Shown here: positions 1 to 8,856 of the stretch, one piece after another
Layout of the letters: the number at the start of each line of letters is the position of its first letter
Position numbering within the stretch: position 1 is the first letter of the stretch
Virus record (IMG/VR): IMGVR_UViG_3300045988_098743
Span: 1-45,226 of that record
Source: a virus
Strand: one strand, 5' to 3'
Length of the DNA: 45,226 bases
Made by a program: the position numbers and the translations under genes
Notes under the pieces: generated by a model
Told to the model about the DNA's origin: nothing
Databases searched by the model: none
What the model saw: the letters and a program-made list of their open reading frames with translations, nothing else

Positions 1-77
1 TTACCTCTTCTTTTATTTTTATTTCAGTTTCTTTTTTAGTTTTATATTTTTTAAATAAGTTTATCATTTTTTTATTT
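1..77. repeat. 77-bp terminal direct repeat (identical to 45150-45226); circular-contig k-mer overlap
   Basis: Exact identity of the first and last 77 nt of the window. The repeat length is bounded by the window edges. Confidence 0.9.
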
Positions 78-964
78 AGTATTTTTTCATTTTTTATTAA
101 AACACCTAATTTTATTGGTTTTAGTTTGTGTCTGAAATACATTGTATCCGTTATATCTTGTTTGCCTGCTCTATTGGAGCGGCTACTCATACCTGCGCTA
201 TATACATCCCCATAAAGTTTTCTCATATGTTCGCCTCGTTTAACTCCAGCCTTTAAATATTCAGCCCTGCACCCTGTTAAATCTTTATTTACTTGCTGAG
301 CCGTTTTACCATACATTAGTATTCCATTTTGTAACACAGGTATATTCATTTGATTTAATTTTAACCTAAATTCTATGTCATCTTCAAAATCTCCATGATA
401 ATTGTCTGGAATAACATTTAATTTTAATGCAAATAAACTATAACAATATCTTTCAGATAAAAATATATCAGCAGGTATAGCAGCCCCACTCATATTGCAT
501 CCTGCAATTCCTGCATTACTTTGTTTCAACATTTCTACTAGAATATCTATAAAATCATTTATCATGTCACTTCCATCACCACTTTGTGATGTTGCTCTAT
601 AAGTTCTTTTATATTGTAAATTATCAGTAATATAATCTTTCACAATATAAGCAATTTGTAACATAGTAATATTATCATCCAATTGTATTAAATATTCATA
701 TCCGTGTTCTTTTGCATATTTTATAGCATAGCTTCTATTCATTGGCGCATACCAAGCATTATCGGAGTTCTTTATATTTTTTTGATACCATTCCATATAA
801 TCTTTAGGAACATTTATTATATCCCAATTAGTATCATAGCCCTCAGAATTATTAGAAATAATAACTTTATCATATTTTATGTTCATTTTTTCAGTAGGTC
901 TTGCTGTTTTATCACCTGGGCGTTTGCCAGATATTTCTACAACTAAAATCTTATTATTCTTCAT
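1..964 (-). CDS. putative nucleotide-sugar glycosyltransferase (GT-A-like). Partial at the window edge. In the circular map it continues to a TGA at 45147..45145, giving 322 aa
   Basis: Manually translated minus-strand frame from ATG 964..962, with a GGA Shine-Dalgarno 6 nt upstream, is open to position 1. The protein begins MKNNKILVVEISGKRPG and ends with an LQLDDNIT DxD-like motif. After wrapping across the 77-bp repeat, its stop overlaps the glf start (TGATG). Confidence 0.6.
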   Translation of the reverse strand, partial: MKNNKILVVEISGKRPGDKTARPTEKMNIKYDKVIISNNSEGYDTNWDIINVPKDYMEWYQKNIKNSDNAWYAPMNRSYAIKYAKEHGYEYLIQLDDNITMLQIAYIVKDYITDNLQYKRTYRATSQSGDGSDMINDFIDILVEMLKQSNAGIAGCNMSGAAIPADIFLSERYCYSLFALKLNVIPDNYHGDFEDDIEFRLKLNQMNIPVLQNGILMYGKTAQQVNKDLTGCRAEYLKAGVKRGEHMRKLYGDVYSAGMSSRSNRAGKQDITDTMYFRHKLKPIKLGVLIKNEKILNKKMINLFKKYKTKKETEIKIKEEV

Positions 965-1445
965 TTATTAATTCCTTTATTTTTTCTGCTAATTCCTTGT
1001 TCTGAGTTTTAATTTGAATTGTATAAACAACTCCTTCTTCATTTTCTATTAATGGAGTGTTATTCTTTTCATCTAATTCTATTAAATCTTCGGTTAATTT
1101 TATATCATTAAAGATGTCGCTTTCATCAAATCCAGTAAATATTTCAAAATTAAGTTCTTCTAATTCTTCTAAAAGTTTTTTATTATCCCATATAGAATAA
1201 TCACTAACTTTATTATCCGCTAATCTAAATGCTTTTATTTGTTTGTCTGTTAAATCATCTGCTATTATGCAAGGTACCTCTTTTAATCCTAATTGCTTGC
1301 TGGCCAAATATCTTGTATGACCAGTTACTATTATATTATTTTTATCAATTACTAAAGGTACTTTAAATCCGAAATTTTTTATACTTTCAGCAACTTTTTC
1401 TATAGCTTTGCTATTATCTCTTGGATTGTTTTCATATGGTTTTAA
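954..1445 (-). CDS. ParB-like nuclease domain protein; the 5' end has no canonical in-frame start
   Basis: The frame encodes LKPYENNPRDNSKAIEKV...IVTGHTRYLASKQLG, matching the KPYENNPR and GHxR ParB N-terminal domain motifs. The track ORF 954..1307 starts at TTG. Upstream, the open frame is bounded by TAA at 1446-1448 with no ATG or GTG. Confidence 0.55.
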   Translation of the reverse strand, partial: LKPYENNPRDNSKAIEKVAESIKNFGFKVPLVIDKNNIIVTGHTRYLASKQLGLKEVPCIIADDLTDKQIKAFRLADNKVSDYSIWDNKKLLEELEELNFEIFTGFDESDIFNDIKLTEDLIELDEKNNTPLIENEEGVVYTIQIKTQNKELAEKIKELINEE

Positions 1446-1461
1446 TTATGATATTTTTTTA

Positions 1462-1695
1462 TTAATTATCTCCATTTAGCCCTCCTACCATTATCATAAA
1501 ATTATTCATTTCTTCCCATAAATAATCTTTCTGTTTTTCTGTTAATAAAGGTCTTGAATACACATACATCCTGTAAATAGCTCTTTCTTGTGTAGTCATT
1601 CCTATATAACTATCATATATCTTTTTTTTCTTTTCTTTAAATTCCTTATAAGTAGAAAATAACAACTCATAGTCAATTAGTCCATAATCTTTCAT
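1462..1695 (-). CDS. hypothetical protein (77 aa)
   Basis: ORF track; compact operon context; ends with a double TAA TAA stop. Confidence 0.45.
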   Translation of the reverse strand: MKDYGLIDYELLFSTYKEFKEKKKKIYDSYIGMTTQERAIYRMYVYSRPLLTEKQKDYLWEEMNNFMIMVGGLNGDN

Positions 1696-1974
1696 CTATC
1701 TCTCTCCCATTTTACAAAAAACATAAATACTATTATTATTATGGCTATAATTCCTAATTCTCCCAATTGTAAATCTATCATTTTTCACAAAAAAAGGCAG
1801 AACAACACTTTTTAAGCATTATTCTACTTGTACCTCCTTTTTAAAAGCATTGAACTCACTGTCTACAAATCTATGCTTTTTCTAAAAAAAGTGTTAAGGA
1901 AAGTTCTGAAAAAACAAAGACTAACAGTTTTCATTTTTAGTATATCATACTTCGTAAATATTTTCAACTATTTT

Positions 1975-2304
1975 TTAAATCTCCAAAATTTCTAATTCAG
2001 GGTATTTATATTCAAATAATTTTTTCTTTATTTTATAAACTTCTGTACGCATACCTTTAGTATCTTCAACTATCCACTTTTTCTTTTCATTATCATAATA
2101 ATAAAAATCTGCTCTGTATGTGATACTTCTATATGTTTTTCCATTTTTCTTAAAACTTTCTTGTAATATAAAAGGTTTTTGTAATTCTAAATTGTCTATA
2201 ACTTTTGCTCTTTTTAATAACATTAATTCTTTATATCTTCGTGCTTCTTTTTTTGAGTCAAATTTTATACCGTTAACCATAACCTTAACATTATGGTATT
2301 TCAT
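1975..2304 (-). CDS. DUF1064-family phage protein
   Basis: 109 aa, NGIKFDSKKEARRYKEL motif typical of DUF1064. Confidence 0.5.
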   Translation of the reverse strand: MKYHNVKVMVNGIKFDSKKEARRYKELMLLKRAKVIDNLELQKPFILQESFKKNGKTYRSITYRADFYYYDNEKKKWIVEDTKGMRTEVYKIKKKLFEYKYPELEILEI

Positions 2305-4464
2305 TTATTCTCCTTTTTCTTTATAAAACATTTTTCTTAATGTAATTATATCTTTTTGTAATGTTTCTTCATCTTGTTGCTTTAACCAAGCATAAAAATA
2401 GTTAGATGTTGCATTATATAACCTTGAAAACTTAACCTCTCTTTTGTGTAAAACTTTATCTTTTACACTTCTCATTAACTTCCAAAAATTATAATATGGA
2501 AATTTTAACTTGGTCATAAAGTTATTGTTTTCAATAACAACACCCTCTATGTCATCCTTACTTAAATCTTCTTCATCTGTGTTTTCTAAATACCATCTAT
2601 GAAAATCTCTTACATTATCAAATTCTTTATAAATGGTTTTGCATTCACAATTAACCAATTCGGCTAGTCTTTGCACTTCTTTATAAGGTGCTTTTTTAAA
2701 TTCAAAATCATTATATATAATGTCTAATAAAACAATTTTAGATTTATCATATTCAATTATATGTGGATCATTTTCTATATCTATTACTTCAAAAGTTAAT
2801 GATACATTGTTTTTTTGTAAATAATCTTCTAATTTTTCTTTATCAATGTTACTTTCTTCATAAATCTTTTTAAAATATTCCGCATATGTTCCTACGTTTG
2901 TAGATTTACTTGCCATGAAGAGTTTTCCATTTACCCAAGACATTATACCTAAAAAACCATTTTCTTTCTTATAACACGTTATTTTACCTTTAAACGTGGC
3001 TATTAAATGTTCTAATTCTGTTTCTCTTTTTTCATTAACATTGAAAAACTTTTCATATCCTCTAGCTACTACTTTACCACTATTTGTGTCTAAAAATAAT
3101 CCCCTTGCTTTGCAAGTTAAATCATTCCAATTTTTGTTATAAAATGCTTTATGTGTGAAATTGAAAGAACTTATATTATCATCTAATTCTGTTTCTCTAA
3201 TGTCACTAGATAATCTTAATTGTTCTATAATAGGTATTTCTTTTAATATTTTTTTAGGTTGTTCTTCTTCATTTATTTTTTTGCCAAACACATCATTTTT
3301 TATTTTTATTATTTTTGGTTTTTGACCTTTTTCAAGTTGTAAAACTTTTAAATTACCACCAAATTCTATTTTTCCCTCAAGATTATATGACTTATTATCT
3401 ACATCATCTATTTCAAACGTATTTCTATGTCCGTGAATTTGAATAACATCTTTATAATTTTTAGCCCATACATCATCAATGTCTACATTATAATCACCAA
3501 CACCATTTATTAATTGTTCGGTTGCCACATTCTGTAAATCACTAGGCATAAAACTTAACCCACCATGAGAAACTAAATACTTATTATCATCATATTCAAA
3601 ATAAGCCAATTGTCCTAACTTTCTATAAAATGTTCTTAATTCTTTCTTTTGTAAACTTTCTAACTCAAATATTGTATGTTTTAAAAACTGGTTAGATTTT
3701 ATTCTTTCTAATTCATCTAGTGCATAATAATTCATCCACTTTTCGTGATTGCCCTCTAAAAACAAAACATTTTTATTTTGATATAAAGTTAATAAAAATT
3801 CCATTGTTTCTTTGTTTTGAACGCCACGGTCTATATAATCTCCACAAAAAATGTACATTTCATCTTGCGAATATGGATTATCTTCAAAATATTTTTTTAA
3901 TGGTTCATAGCATCCGTGTATATCCCCAAAAATATGTATTTTCTTATAAGCATTAAGGTCAAATAATTTTACTTCAATTTCTTCTGGAAATGTTTCTTTA
4001 TTTAATTTAACCCAACCACTTGTTTTCCCTTGTGTTCTTAATCTTGAATACATTTTATCAATTACACTTTCAGGAACTCTTTTATAATCTTCTCTTAAAG
4101 AATTTCTTTTTTTACATTCTTCTATCGAAACATCACTAAAATCTAAATAATATCTTCTATATCTATAACGTTCACATAATTTATTATACCTACTAAAATC
4201 ACTTGAACGACTATGCGTTGCATCTACAACAACTAATTCTCCACGTGCCATTCTTTTTTCTAATAATTCAAATAATAATGCCCATACATAACTATCATTT
4301 TTTTGGCTTATAACTCTATGTAATTTATCAGGAACTATTATAGGGCTTTCAAATAATAATCTTATGTTATCTGCACTTAACGTATAATTTTCTAAATTAT
4401 GTTCTTTAATATAAGTTGATTTTCCACTAGCAGGGCTTCCTCTTAAAATTATTAAATTTCTCAT
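2305..4464 (-). CDS. pnkp: polynucleotide kinase-phosphatase with C-terminal ligase-like adenylyltransferase domain (bacterial Pnkp-type RNA repair enzyme)
   Basis: - N-terminal P-loop: ILRGSPASGKST.
- Central calcineurin-like phosphoesterase motifs: GDIHG, GDYIDRG, GNHE.
- C-terminal nucleotidyltransferase motifs: KENG (motif I), EGVVI (motif IV), KLKFPYY (motif V). Confidence 0.8.
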   Translation of the reverse strand: MRNLIILRGSPASGKSTYIKEHNLENYTLSADNIRLLFESPIIVPDKLHRVISQKNDSYVWALLFELLEKRMARGELVVVDATHSRSSDFSRYNKLCERYRYRRYYLDFSDVSIEECKKRNSLREDYKRVPESVIDKMYSRLRTQGKTSGWVKLNKETFPEEIEVKLFDLNAYKKIHIFGDIHGCYEPLKKYFEDNPYSQDEMYIFCGDYIDRGVQNKETMEFLLTLYQNKNVLFLEGNHEKWMNYYALDELERIKSNQFLKHTIFELESLQKKELRTFYRKLGQLAYFEYDDNKYLVSHGGLSFMPSDLQNVATEQLINGVGDYNVDIDDVWAKNYKDVIQIHGHRNTFEIDDVDNKSYNLEGKIEFGGNLKVLQLEKGQKPKIIKIKNDVFGKKINEEEQPKKILKEIPIIEQLRLSSDIRETELDDNISSFNFTHKAFYNKNWNDLTCKARGLFLDTNSGKVVARGYEKFFNVNEKRETELEHLIATFKGKITCYKKENGFLGIMSWVNGKLFMASKSTNVGTYAEYFKKIYEESNIDKEKLEDYLQKNNVSLTFEVIDIENDPHIIEYDKSKIVLLDIIYNDFEFKKAPYKEVQRLAELVNCECKTIYKEFDNVRDFHRWYLENTDEEDLSKDDIEGVVIENNNFMTKLKFPYYNFWKLMRSVKDKVLHKREVKFSRLYNATSNYFYAWLKQQDEETLQKDIITLRKMFYKEKGE

Positions 4465-4703
4465 TTTAACTTTTTAGCCTCACTTTCTTTTCTCATCTTT
4501 TTTCGTAAGCGTGTTTTTAATGTTTTATTCTCTTCAAATAAGAACTCATTATTTTTCTCTGCTTCTTCTTTTTCTTTTGTTAATGTTTTTACTGTTTTTT
4601 CCAATTTCCTAATTTCCCTTTTATATTTTATTAATTGTAAATTGAAAGTTTCCATTATTTTTTCTTTTAAATATAACTTTTTGTTTTTTGTTGTTCTTTT
4701 CAT
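4461..4703 (-). CDS. hypothetical coiled-coil protein (80 aa)
   Basis: ORF track; AGGAGG Shine-Dalgarno; K/E-rich heptad-like sequence. Confidence 0.45.
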   Translation of the reverse strand: MKRTTKNKKLYLKEKIMETFNLQLIKYKREIRKLEKTVKTLTKEKEEAEKNNEFLFEENKTLKTRLRKKMRKESEAKKLK

Positions 4704-4719
4704 ATTAACCTCCTATTTT

Positions 4720-4815
4720 TTAATAATAAATTTTAGCTATTTCTTTAGCCTCTTCTATCGTATAACCTTTTGTTGTGTGTAAATATTCAATAAATTGTTC
4801 TATTTTCATATTCAT
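4720..4815 (-). CDS. small ORF (31 aa, MNMKIEQFIEYLHTTKGYTIEEAKEIAKIYY) directly downstream of conserved early promoter copy 1
   Basis: ATG 4815..4813 lies 8 nt after GGAGGA; stop TAA 4722..4720. Below the track size cut-off. Confidence 0.25.
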   Translation of the reverse strand: MNMKIEQFIEYLHTTKGYTIEEAKEIAKIYY

Positions 4816-4847
4816 TTTTTCATTCCTCCTTTTTTTATTACAATTAT

Positions 4848-4885
4848 ATAATAACATATATTAAATACTTTGTAAATACTTTTTT
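4848..4885 (-). promoter_or_regulatory. conserved early promoter, copy 1 (AAAAAAGTATTTACA-N17-TATTAT)
   Basis: -35 TTTACA at 4876..4871, 17-nt spacer, -10 TATTAT at 4853..4848. Upstream A-tract and AAAGTATTT direct repeat. Confidence 0.55.
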
Positions 4886-4890
4886 AATAA

Positions 4891-4913
4891 AAAACTAGAC
4901 TTTTTTTGTCTAG
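4891..4913 (-). terminator. weak intrinsic terminator after gene 4910..5212
   Basis: CTAGAC-AAAAAAA-GTCTAG hairpin (6-bp stem) followed by TTTT on the minus strand; the stop codon lies in the stem. Confidence 0.35.
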
Positions 4914-5212
4914 TCTATATAATTCCTGCCATATCTTTTTCTAAAATCTTCTGGTGTTTTATTATAATATTCACACCATCTTCTTTCACCGACTTCTTTT
5001 AACCATTCCCACTTTTTAGGGTTTAAATGTATAGAACCATTTCCTCTATGATTTTCTGGTGTTAGAAATATAATCAATCCATCTTCAATAGATTTATCTC
5101 TATTACCTGTTCTTCCCTCAAATATCTCGTGTCTTTCACTACCATAAAACCTAAAATTTCTATAGTATGGAGGGTTATCTTTCATTATGCTAATTTCTTC
5201 TATTTTTTCCAT
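4910..5212 (-). CDS. hypothetical protein (100 aa)
   Basis: ORF track. Confidence 0.5.
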   Translation of the reverse strand: MEKIEEISIMKDNPPYYRNFRFYGSERHEIFEGRTGNRDKSIEDGLIIFLTPENHRGNGSIHLNPKKWEWLKEVGERRWCEYYNKTPEDFRKRYGRNYID

Positions 5213-5225
5213 GTGTATTATAACC

Positions 5226-5471
5226 TCAACTTACATATTCATATTCTATATATAAATCATCACCAAATAATACTACACTTTTAAAAACACATAATTCATT
5301 ATTAATATATACACAGCCATCGTTCATTAATGAAGTTAAATTTTGTCTAAGATAGGAAGCAGATACGTTAATCCTAATAATAAGGTTCCCTATGCTTGAT
5401 AATTTATAGGCAACTCTTCTATTCCTACCACCAAGATATATTTTATTATTTTCTAAAATTAAATTCTTCAT
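5226..5471 (-). CDS. hypothetical protein (81 aa)
   Basis: ORF track; 4-nt overlap with the upstream gene. Confidence 0.45.
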   Translation of the reverse strand: MKNLILENNKIYLGGRNRRVAYKLSSIGNLIIRINVSASYLRQNLTSLMNDGCVYINNELCVFKSVVLFGDDLYIEYEYVS

Positions 5472-5719
5472 TCTAATACATATCCCAATTCTGTTGTATC
5501 GTAACTATGATTTATGCTATATAAACGATATGGGTTATTATTTATGTATATCTTTGTAAAATCTTTCATTGTAGGTCGGTTATTTCCATATTCATTTACT
5601 AAAACATAATGAGGTAATTCAAAGCTAACATAATGTCCATTTGGTGTTACTGTTTCTTCTACTTCTATATTAAACCCAAAAACATTTAAAGTGCCATCAA
5701 TTAAAGTAAAATTCATCAT
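5468..5719 (-). CDS. hypothetical protein (83 aa)
   Basis: ORF track; ATGA overlaps with both neighbours. Confidence 0.45.
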   Translation of the reverse strand: MMNFTLIDGTLNVFGFNIEVEETVTPNGHYVSFELPHYVLVNEYGNNRPTMKDFTKIYINNNPYRLYSINHSYDTTELGYVLE

Positions 5720-6186
5720 TGGTTAAATTCCTCAAATTTTATGCTTTCTTGTTTTTTCTTTAAAGCATTTATTTTTTCTTCTGTGCTATTATACGCATTT
5801 TTAAACCTTTTTAAGGCGCATTCTTTCTTTGCTAATAATTTTATTTCATCTTCACAAAACTTCGTTCCTAGTGCCTCAAAATAAGACATAGCAGGCTGTT
5901 TTCCATCACGCTCTGTATTCCAATCTTTTCTTTCTTCTACACATTTAATTGCACTTTTAACTTGTATATCTGTTTTTAAATTTATCAAATCTTCTGTTAA
6001 TCTTGCAATTATCTCACCTATAATATAATTTAAATTAGAATATATTTCTATATTGTGAGCATATTCATACATTGTATTTGGTTCATTTAATAAATCTTTG
6101 AATACTTCATTATAAGCATCTCTTAACTGATTATCACTCATTTGCTTTATTCGGAAAGGGTTAAATAAATATAATTTATCTTTCAT
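5716..6186 (-). CDS. hypothetical protein (156 aa)
   Basis: ORF track; GGAG Shine-Dalgarno. Confidence 0.5.
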   Translation of the reverse strand: MKDKLYLFNPFRIKQMSDNQLRDAYNEVFKDLLNEPNTMYEYAHNIEIYSNLNYIIGEIIARLTEDLINLKTDIQVKSAIKCVEERKDWNTERDGKQPAMSYFEALGTKFCEDEIKLLAKKECALKRFKNAYNSTEEKINALKKKQESIKFEEFNQ

Positions 6187-6199
6187 ATATTAACTCCTT

Positions 6200-7048
6200 T
6201 TAATTACCTAAAAATGAACTTATATCAAATAAATTATCTGAGCTTGTAACCTTTGGCAATTCTCCATTCCATTTGTCTAAGAATTGTTTTTGTAAAACTT
6301 CTTTATTAACATTCTGTTTTAATAATTCATTTGCTTTATTTGTTGCTTCTGCCTCAACAATTTTCTTTTCTGCCTCTAACTTAGATTTTTCTAAATTTTG
6401 TTCGGCAACTTGTTTTTCTTCTATTGCTTTAGTATACTCGGTTGTAAAACTAAAATCAGTTAAATTAAAATCTTCTATAATAATTCCATATTTTTTAACC
6501 TTATTTTGTAATTGCTCTAAACAATCTTTTGAAACAGCACTTCTATTAATAGTTATCTCTTCTGCATTATATTTTGCAATAGCACTCTTTATGCTTTCTT
6601 TTATTGCTGGCTGCAATACTGTTTCTTCATAAGTATTTCCTACAGTTCTATATAATTTTGGTGCTTTTCTACTATCTACACGATAATTAACTGCAATAGT
6701 TGAATTAACTATTTGTAAATCTTTTGTTGAACTTTCTGTTGTAATTTCCGCTTTTTGTACTTTAATATTTACTTTTACTATTTTTTCAATATAAGGCACT
6801 TTAAAATTAAACCCCTCATCCAACTTGCTATCTACTATTTTTCCAAACTTTACTTTTAAACCAACTTCACCAGATTTAATAGTTGAAAAACTACTAAATA
6901 AAGTTATTAATAAAAATAAACCTATTATGCTTGTCATTACAATTCTTGGTACGTTTATAACAGTTATTGTTTTATATTTTTCTACCATTTTTCCATCTTC
7001 AAACACTTTACCTGCATATACTTTTTTTGTTTTTTTAAAAAAATTCAT
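6200..7048 (-). CDS. SPFH/Band-7 (prohibitin/HflK-like) membrane protein
   Basis: N-terminal TM helix, GEVGLKVKFGKI SPFH core, C-terminal A/E/K-rich coiled coil. Confidence 0.7.
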   Translation of the reverse strand: MNFFKKTKKVYAGKVFEDGKMVEKYKTITVINVPRIVMTSIIGLFLLITLFSSFSTIKSGEVGLKVKFGKIVDSKLDEGFNFKVPYIEKIVKVNIKVQKAEITTESSTKDLQIVNSTIAVNYRVDSRKAPKLYRTVGNTYEETVLQPAIKESIKSAIAKYNAEEITINRSAVSKDCLEQLQNKVKKYGIIIEDFNLTDFSFTTEYTKAIEEKQVAEQNLEKSKLEAEKKIVEAEATNKANELLKQNVNKEVLQKQFLDKWNGELPKVTSSDNLFDISSFLGN

Positions 7049-7056
7049 ATTTTCAC

Positions 7057-7497
7057 CTAAAATGCGACTTCGTTTTCGTCAATTTCTATTGTGCTACCAA
7101 ATTCTGCAAAGACGTCGTCACTTATTCCTTTCTTTTCCTCTTTTGTTTCTTTTATTACTTCTGTTTGCTTTTGTTCATTCTTTTTAGCAAAGTCAAATAT
7201 TTCTATATAATCTACCATTATATATGATGTTGGAATTTTGCTTCCATCTTTTTCATATGATCCTGTATATAGTTTTCCTTTTACTAAAACCCTTGAACCT
7301 TTTTCAGCATATTTTTCTAAATATTTTGCTTGTGGTCCAAAAACATTTATTTTTATAAAATCCACTGGATATTCTCCATCAGAATTTTTATAATCACGTT
7401 GCACTGCTATTGCATTCATTACACATTCTTTGCTATTTATTGTGTATTTTAATTCAATTGGCTTAGTTAATCTTCCACTAATTGCTATTGTATTCAT
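7057..7497 (-). CDS. ssb: single-stranded DNA-binding protein
   Basis: ISGRLTKPIELKYT OB-fold signature, ends in acidic tail DENEVAF. Confidence 0.8.
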   Translation of the reverse strand: MNTIAISGRLTKPIELKYTINSKECVMNAIAVQRDYKNSDGEYPVDFIKINVFGPQAKYLEKYAEKGSRVLVKGKLYTGSYEKDGSKIPTSYIMVDYIEIFDFAKKNEQKQTEVIKETKEEKKGISDDVFAEFGSTIEIDENEVAF

Positions 7498-7702
7498 AAT
7501 TTTTCCTCATTTCTTTTAATAATCTTTCTTTAAACTTCTCAAATCCATTTTTGTAAACTTTATGTCCACACCAGCCACAAACTTTAGAACCTTTATTATA
7601 AGGTATCATCACTCTGTGTCCACATTTACAAGTAACTTTAAATTTTTGTACTTCATTACAATATTTTTGTACCTCATTAAAGGTCATAAAGTTATTTCCC
7701 AT
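7478..7702 (-). CDS. small zinc-ribbon protein
   Basis: CxC...CxxC cysteine pairs (CKCGH...CGWCGH). Confidence 0.5.
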   Translation of the reverse strand: MGNNFMTFNEVQKYCNEVQKFKVTCKCGHRVMIPYNKGSKVCGWCGHKVYKNGFEKFKERLLKEMRKNYEYNSN

Positions 7703-7703
7703 T

Positions 7704-8513
7704 TTATTCTCCTACTTTTTCCATTAATTTTTTTATGCAAATATCTAATTCTTTATTTGTCATATCACTTAAACTATTTATTCCTTTTCTTTTCTTTTGA
7801 AAAGCCTCTATTATTTTTTCAAAATCAGAATTTGTTTCTTTCACAAGCTCATTTATTCTTGCTATTTTTTCTAAATTCTCATTTTGTTCTTCTTCTGTTA
7901 ATGCTGGGGATAATAATTCAATTCCTGCTTTTATATTTTCATCAGTAGTTTTTTCTCTTAACCACTCTATATATTTTTTATCTGTTTCTAAAATTTCTTT
8001 TAGTGTTTTCCCTTTATGTTTTCCAAAACCTACTATAACTTTTTCAGCATCTTCCTTTGTTGTAACAGCTGGCAAATCTTCACCTTGATAAAGTTTTAAT
8101 CCTAAACCAAACATTGCAATATTTTTTGTTAAACATCTCATTAATGTTTTATTAATATCAAACATAGTTGCTGGTTTTACTACCTTTTCTTCTATTATAA
8201 TTTTTCCATCTTTATTTTTTCTTTTTACTTTGTAAGTATATTCATATGCTAACATTGTTTTATTTGCACTATCCATAACTGGCAAAAACATATCATGTGT
8301 TATTCCATTTATTGTCATAGTTGTAAATACCATATATCCAGTATGTTCGTCATACACATATGGCAAATTATTTTCAAATCTTAAAATGTCATAATGCGCT
8401 CTTTCATCTATCTTTTTGACTTCCGCCCAAGCATATGCCCAAGATAAATAATTTAATCCATTTTTTTGTTCTATTTTATCACTTACATCTATTTCATAAA
8501 ATTCTTTAAACAT
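7704..8513 (-). CDS. putative Rad52-like single-strand annealing protein (DUF1071-like) with C-terminal DUF3820-like segment
   Basis: - GLNYLSWAYAW motif.
- C-terminal FGKHKGKTLKEI...YIEWL motif.
- Flanked by two SSB genes, as in a typical recombination module. Confidence 0.45.
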   Translation of the reverse strand: MFKEFYEIDVSDKIEQKNGLNYLSWAYAWAEVKKIDERAHYDILRFENNLPYVYDEHTGYMVFTTMTINGITHDMFLPVMDSANKTMLAYEYTYKVKRKNKDGKIIIEEKVVKPATMFDINKTLMRCLTKNIAMFGLGLKLYQGEDLPAVTTKEDAEKVIVGFGKHKGKTLKEILETDKKYIEWLREKTTDENIKAGIELLSPALTEEEQNENLEKIARINELVKETNSDFEKIIEAFQKKRKGINSLSDMTNKELDICIKKLMEKVGE

Positions 8514-8847
8514 CTTTCTTTTCCTCCCTTACAGTTATTCTTACGGAACCACTTCTACTTGTTTCTTTGCTATAATATTTTTTATATAAATCAGGATAAT
8601 CTTTTTTAAAGCTATCTAAATCAAATCCTGTTGTTGTTGTATCAGGTGTTCTAGTTATTTTTAAAGTTTTATCAGGACTTTCATAACCTATAATCCCATT
8701 TTCTTTCATTAATATTTTCATATCATCCTTGAATTTTTTTAATTTTTCTGATATCAATTTTGATTTTTTATCTAAATCTTTTATTTTCTTTATAGTATCT
8801 TTTACAATTATTAATTGCCCATCCTCTACTTTTATTGGCTTGTTCAT
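8506..8847 (-). CDS. hypothetical protein (113 aa)
   Basis: ORF track. Confidence 0.5.
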   Translation of the reverse strand: MNKPIKVEDGQLIIVKDTIKKIKDLDKKSKLISEKLKKFKDDMKILMKENGIIGYESPDKTLKITRTPDTTTTGFDLDSFKKDYPDLYKKYYSKETSRSGSVRITVREEKKDV

Positions 8848-8856
8848 TTATTCCTC

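Noticed and set aside
1696-1974. Coding or riboswitch content in the 279-bp gap upstream of the 77-aa gene
   Set aside because: Only a 13-codon ORF and weak hairpins are present, and no convincing promoter or terminator could be defined by eye.
7704-8513. RecT/Redbeta or ERF assignment for the annealing protein
   Set aside because: The motif content (LNYLSWAYAW) fits a Rad52-like DUF1071 family better. Even that call is kept at low confidence, since there is no alignment support.
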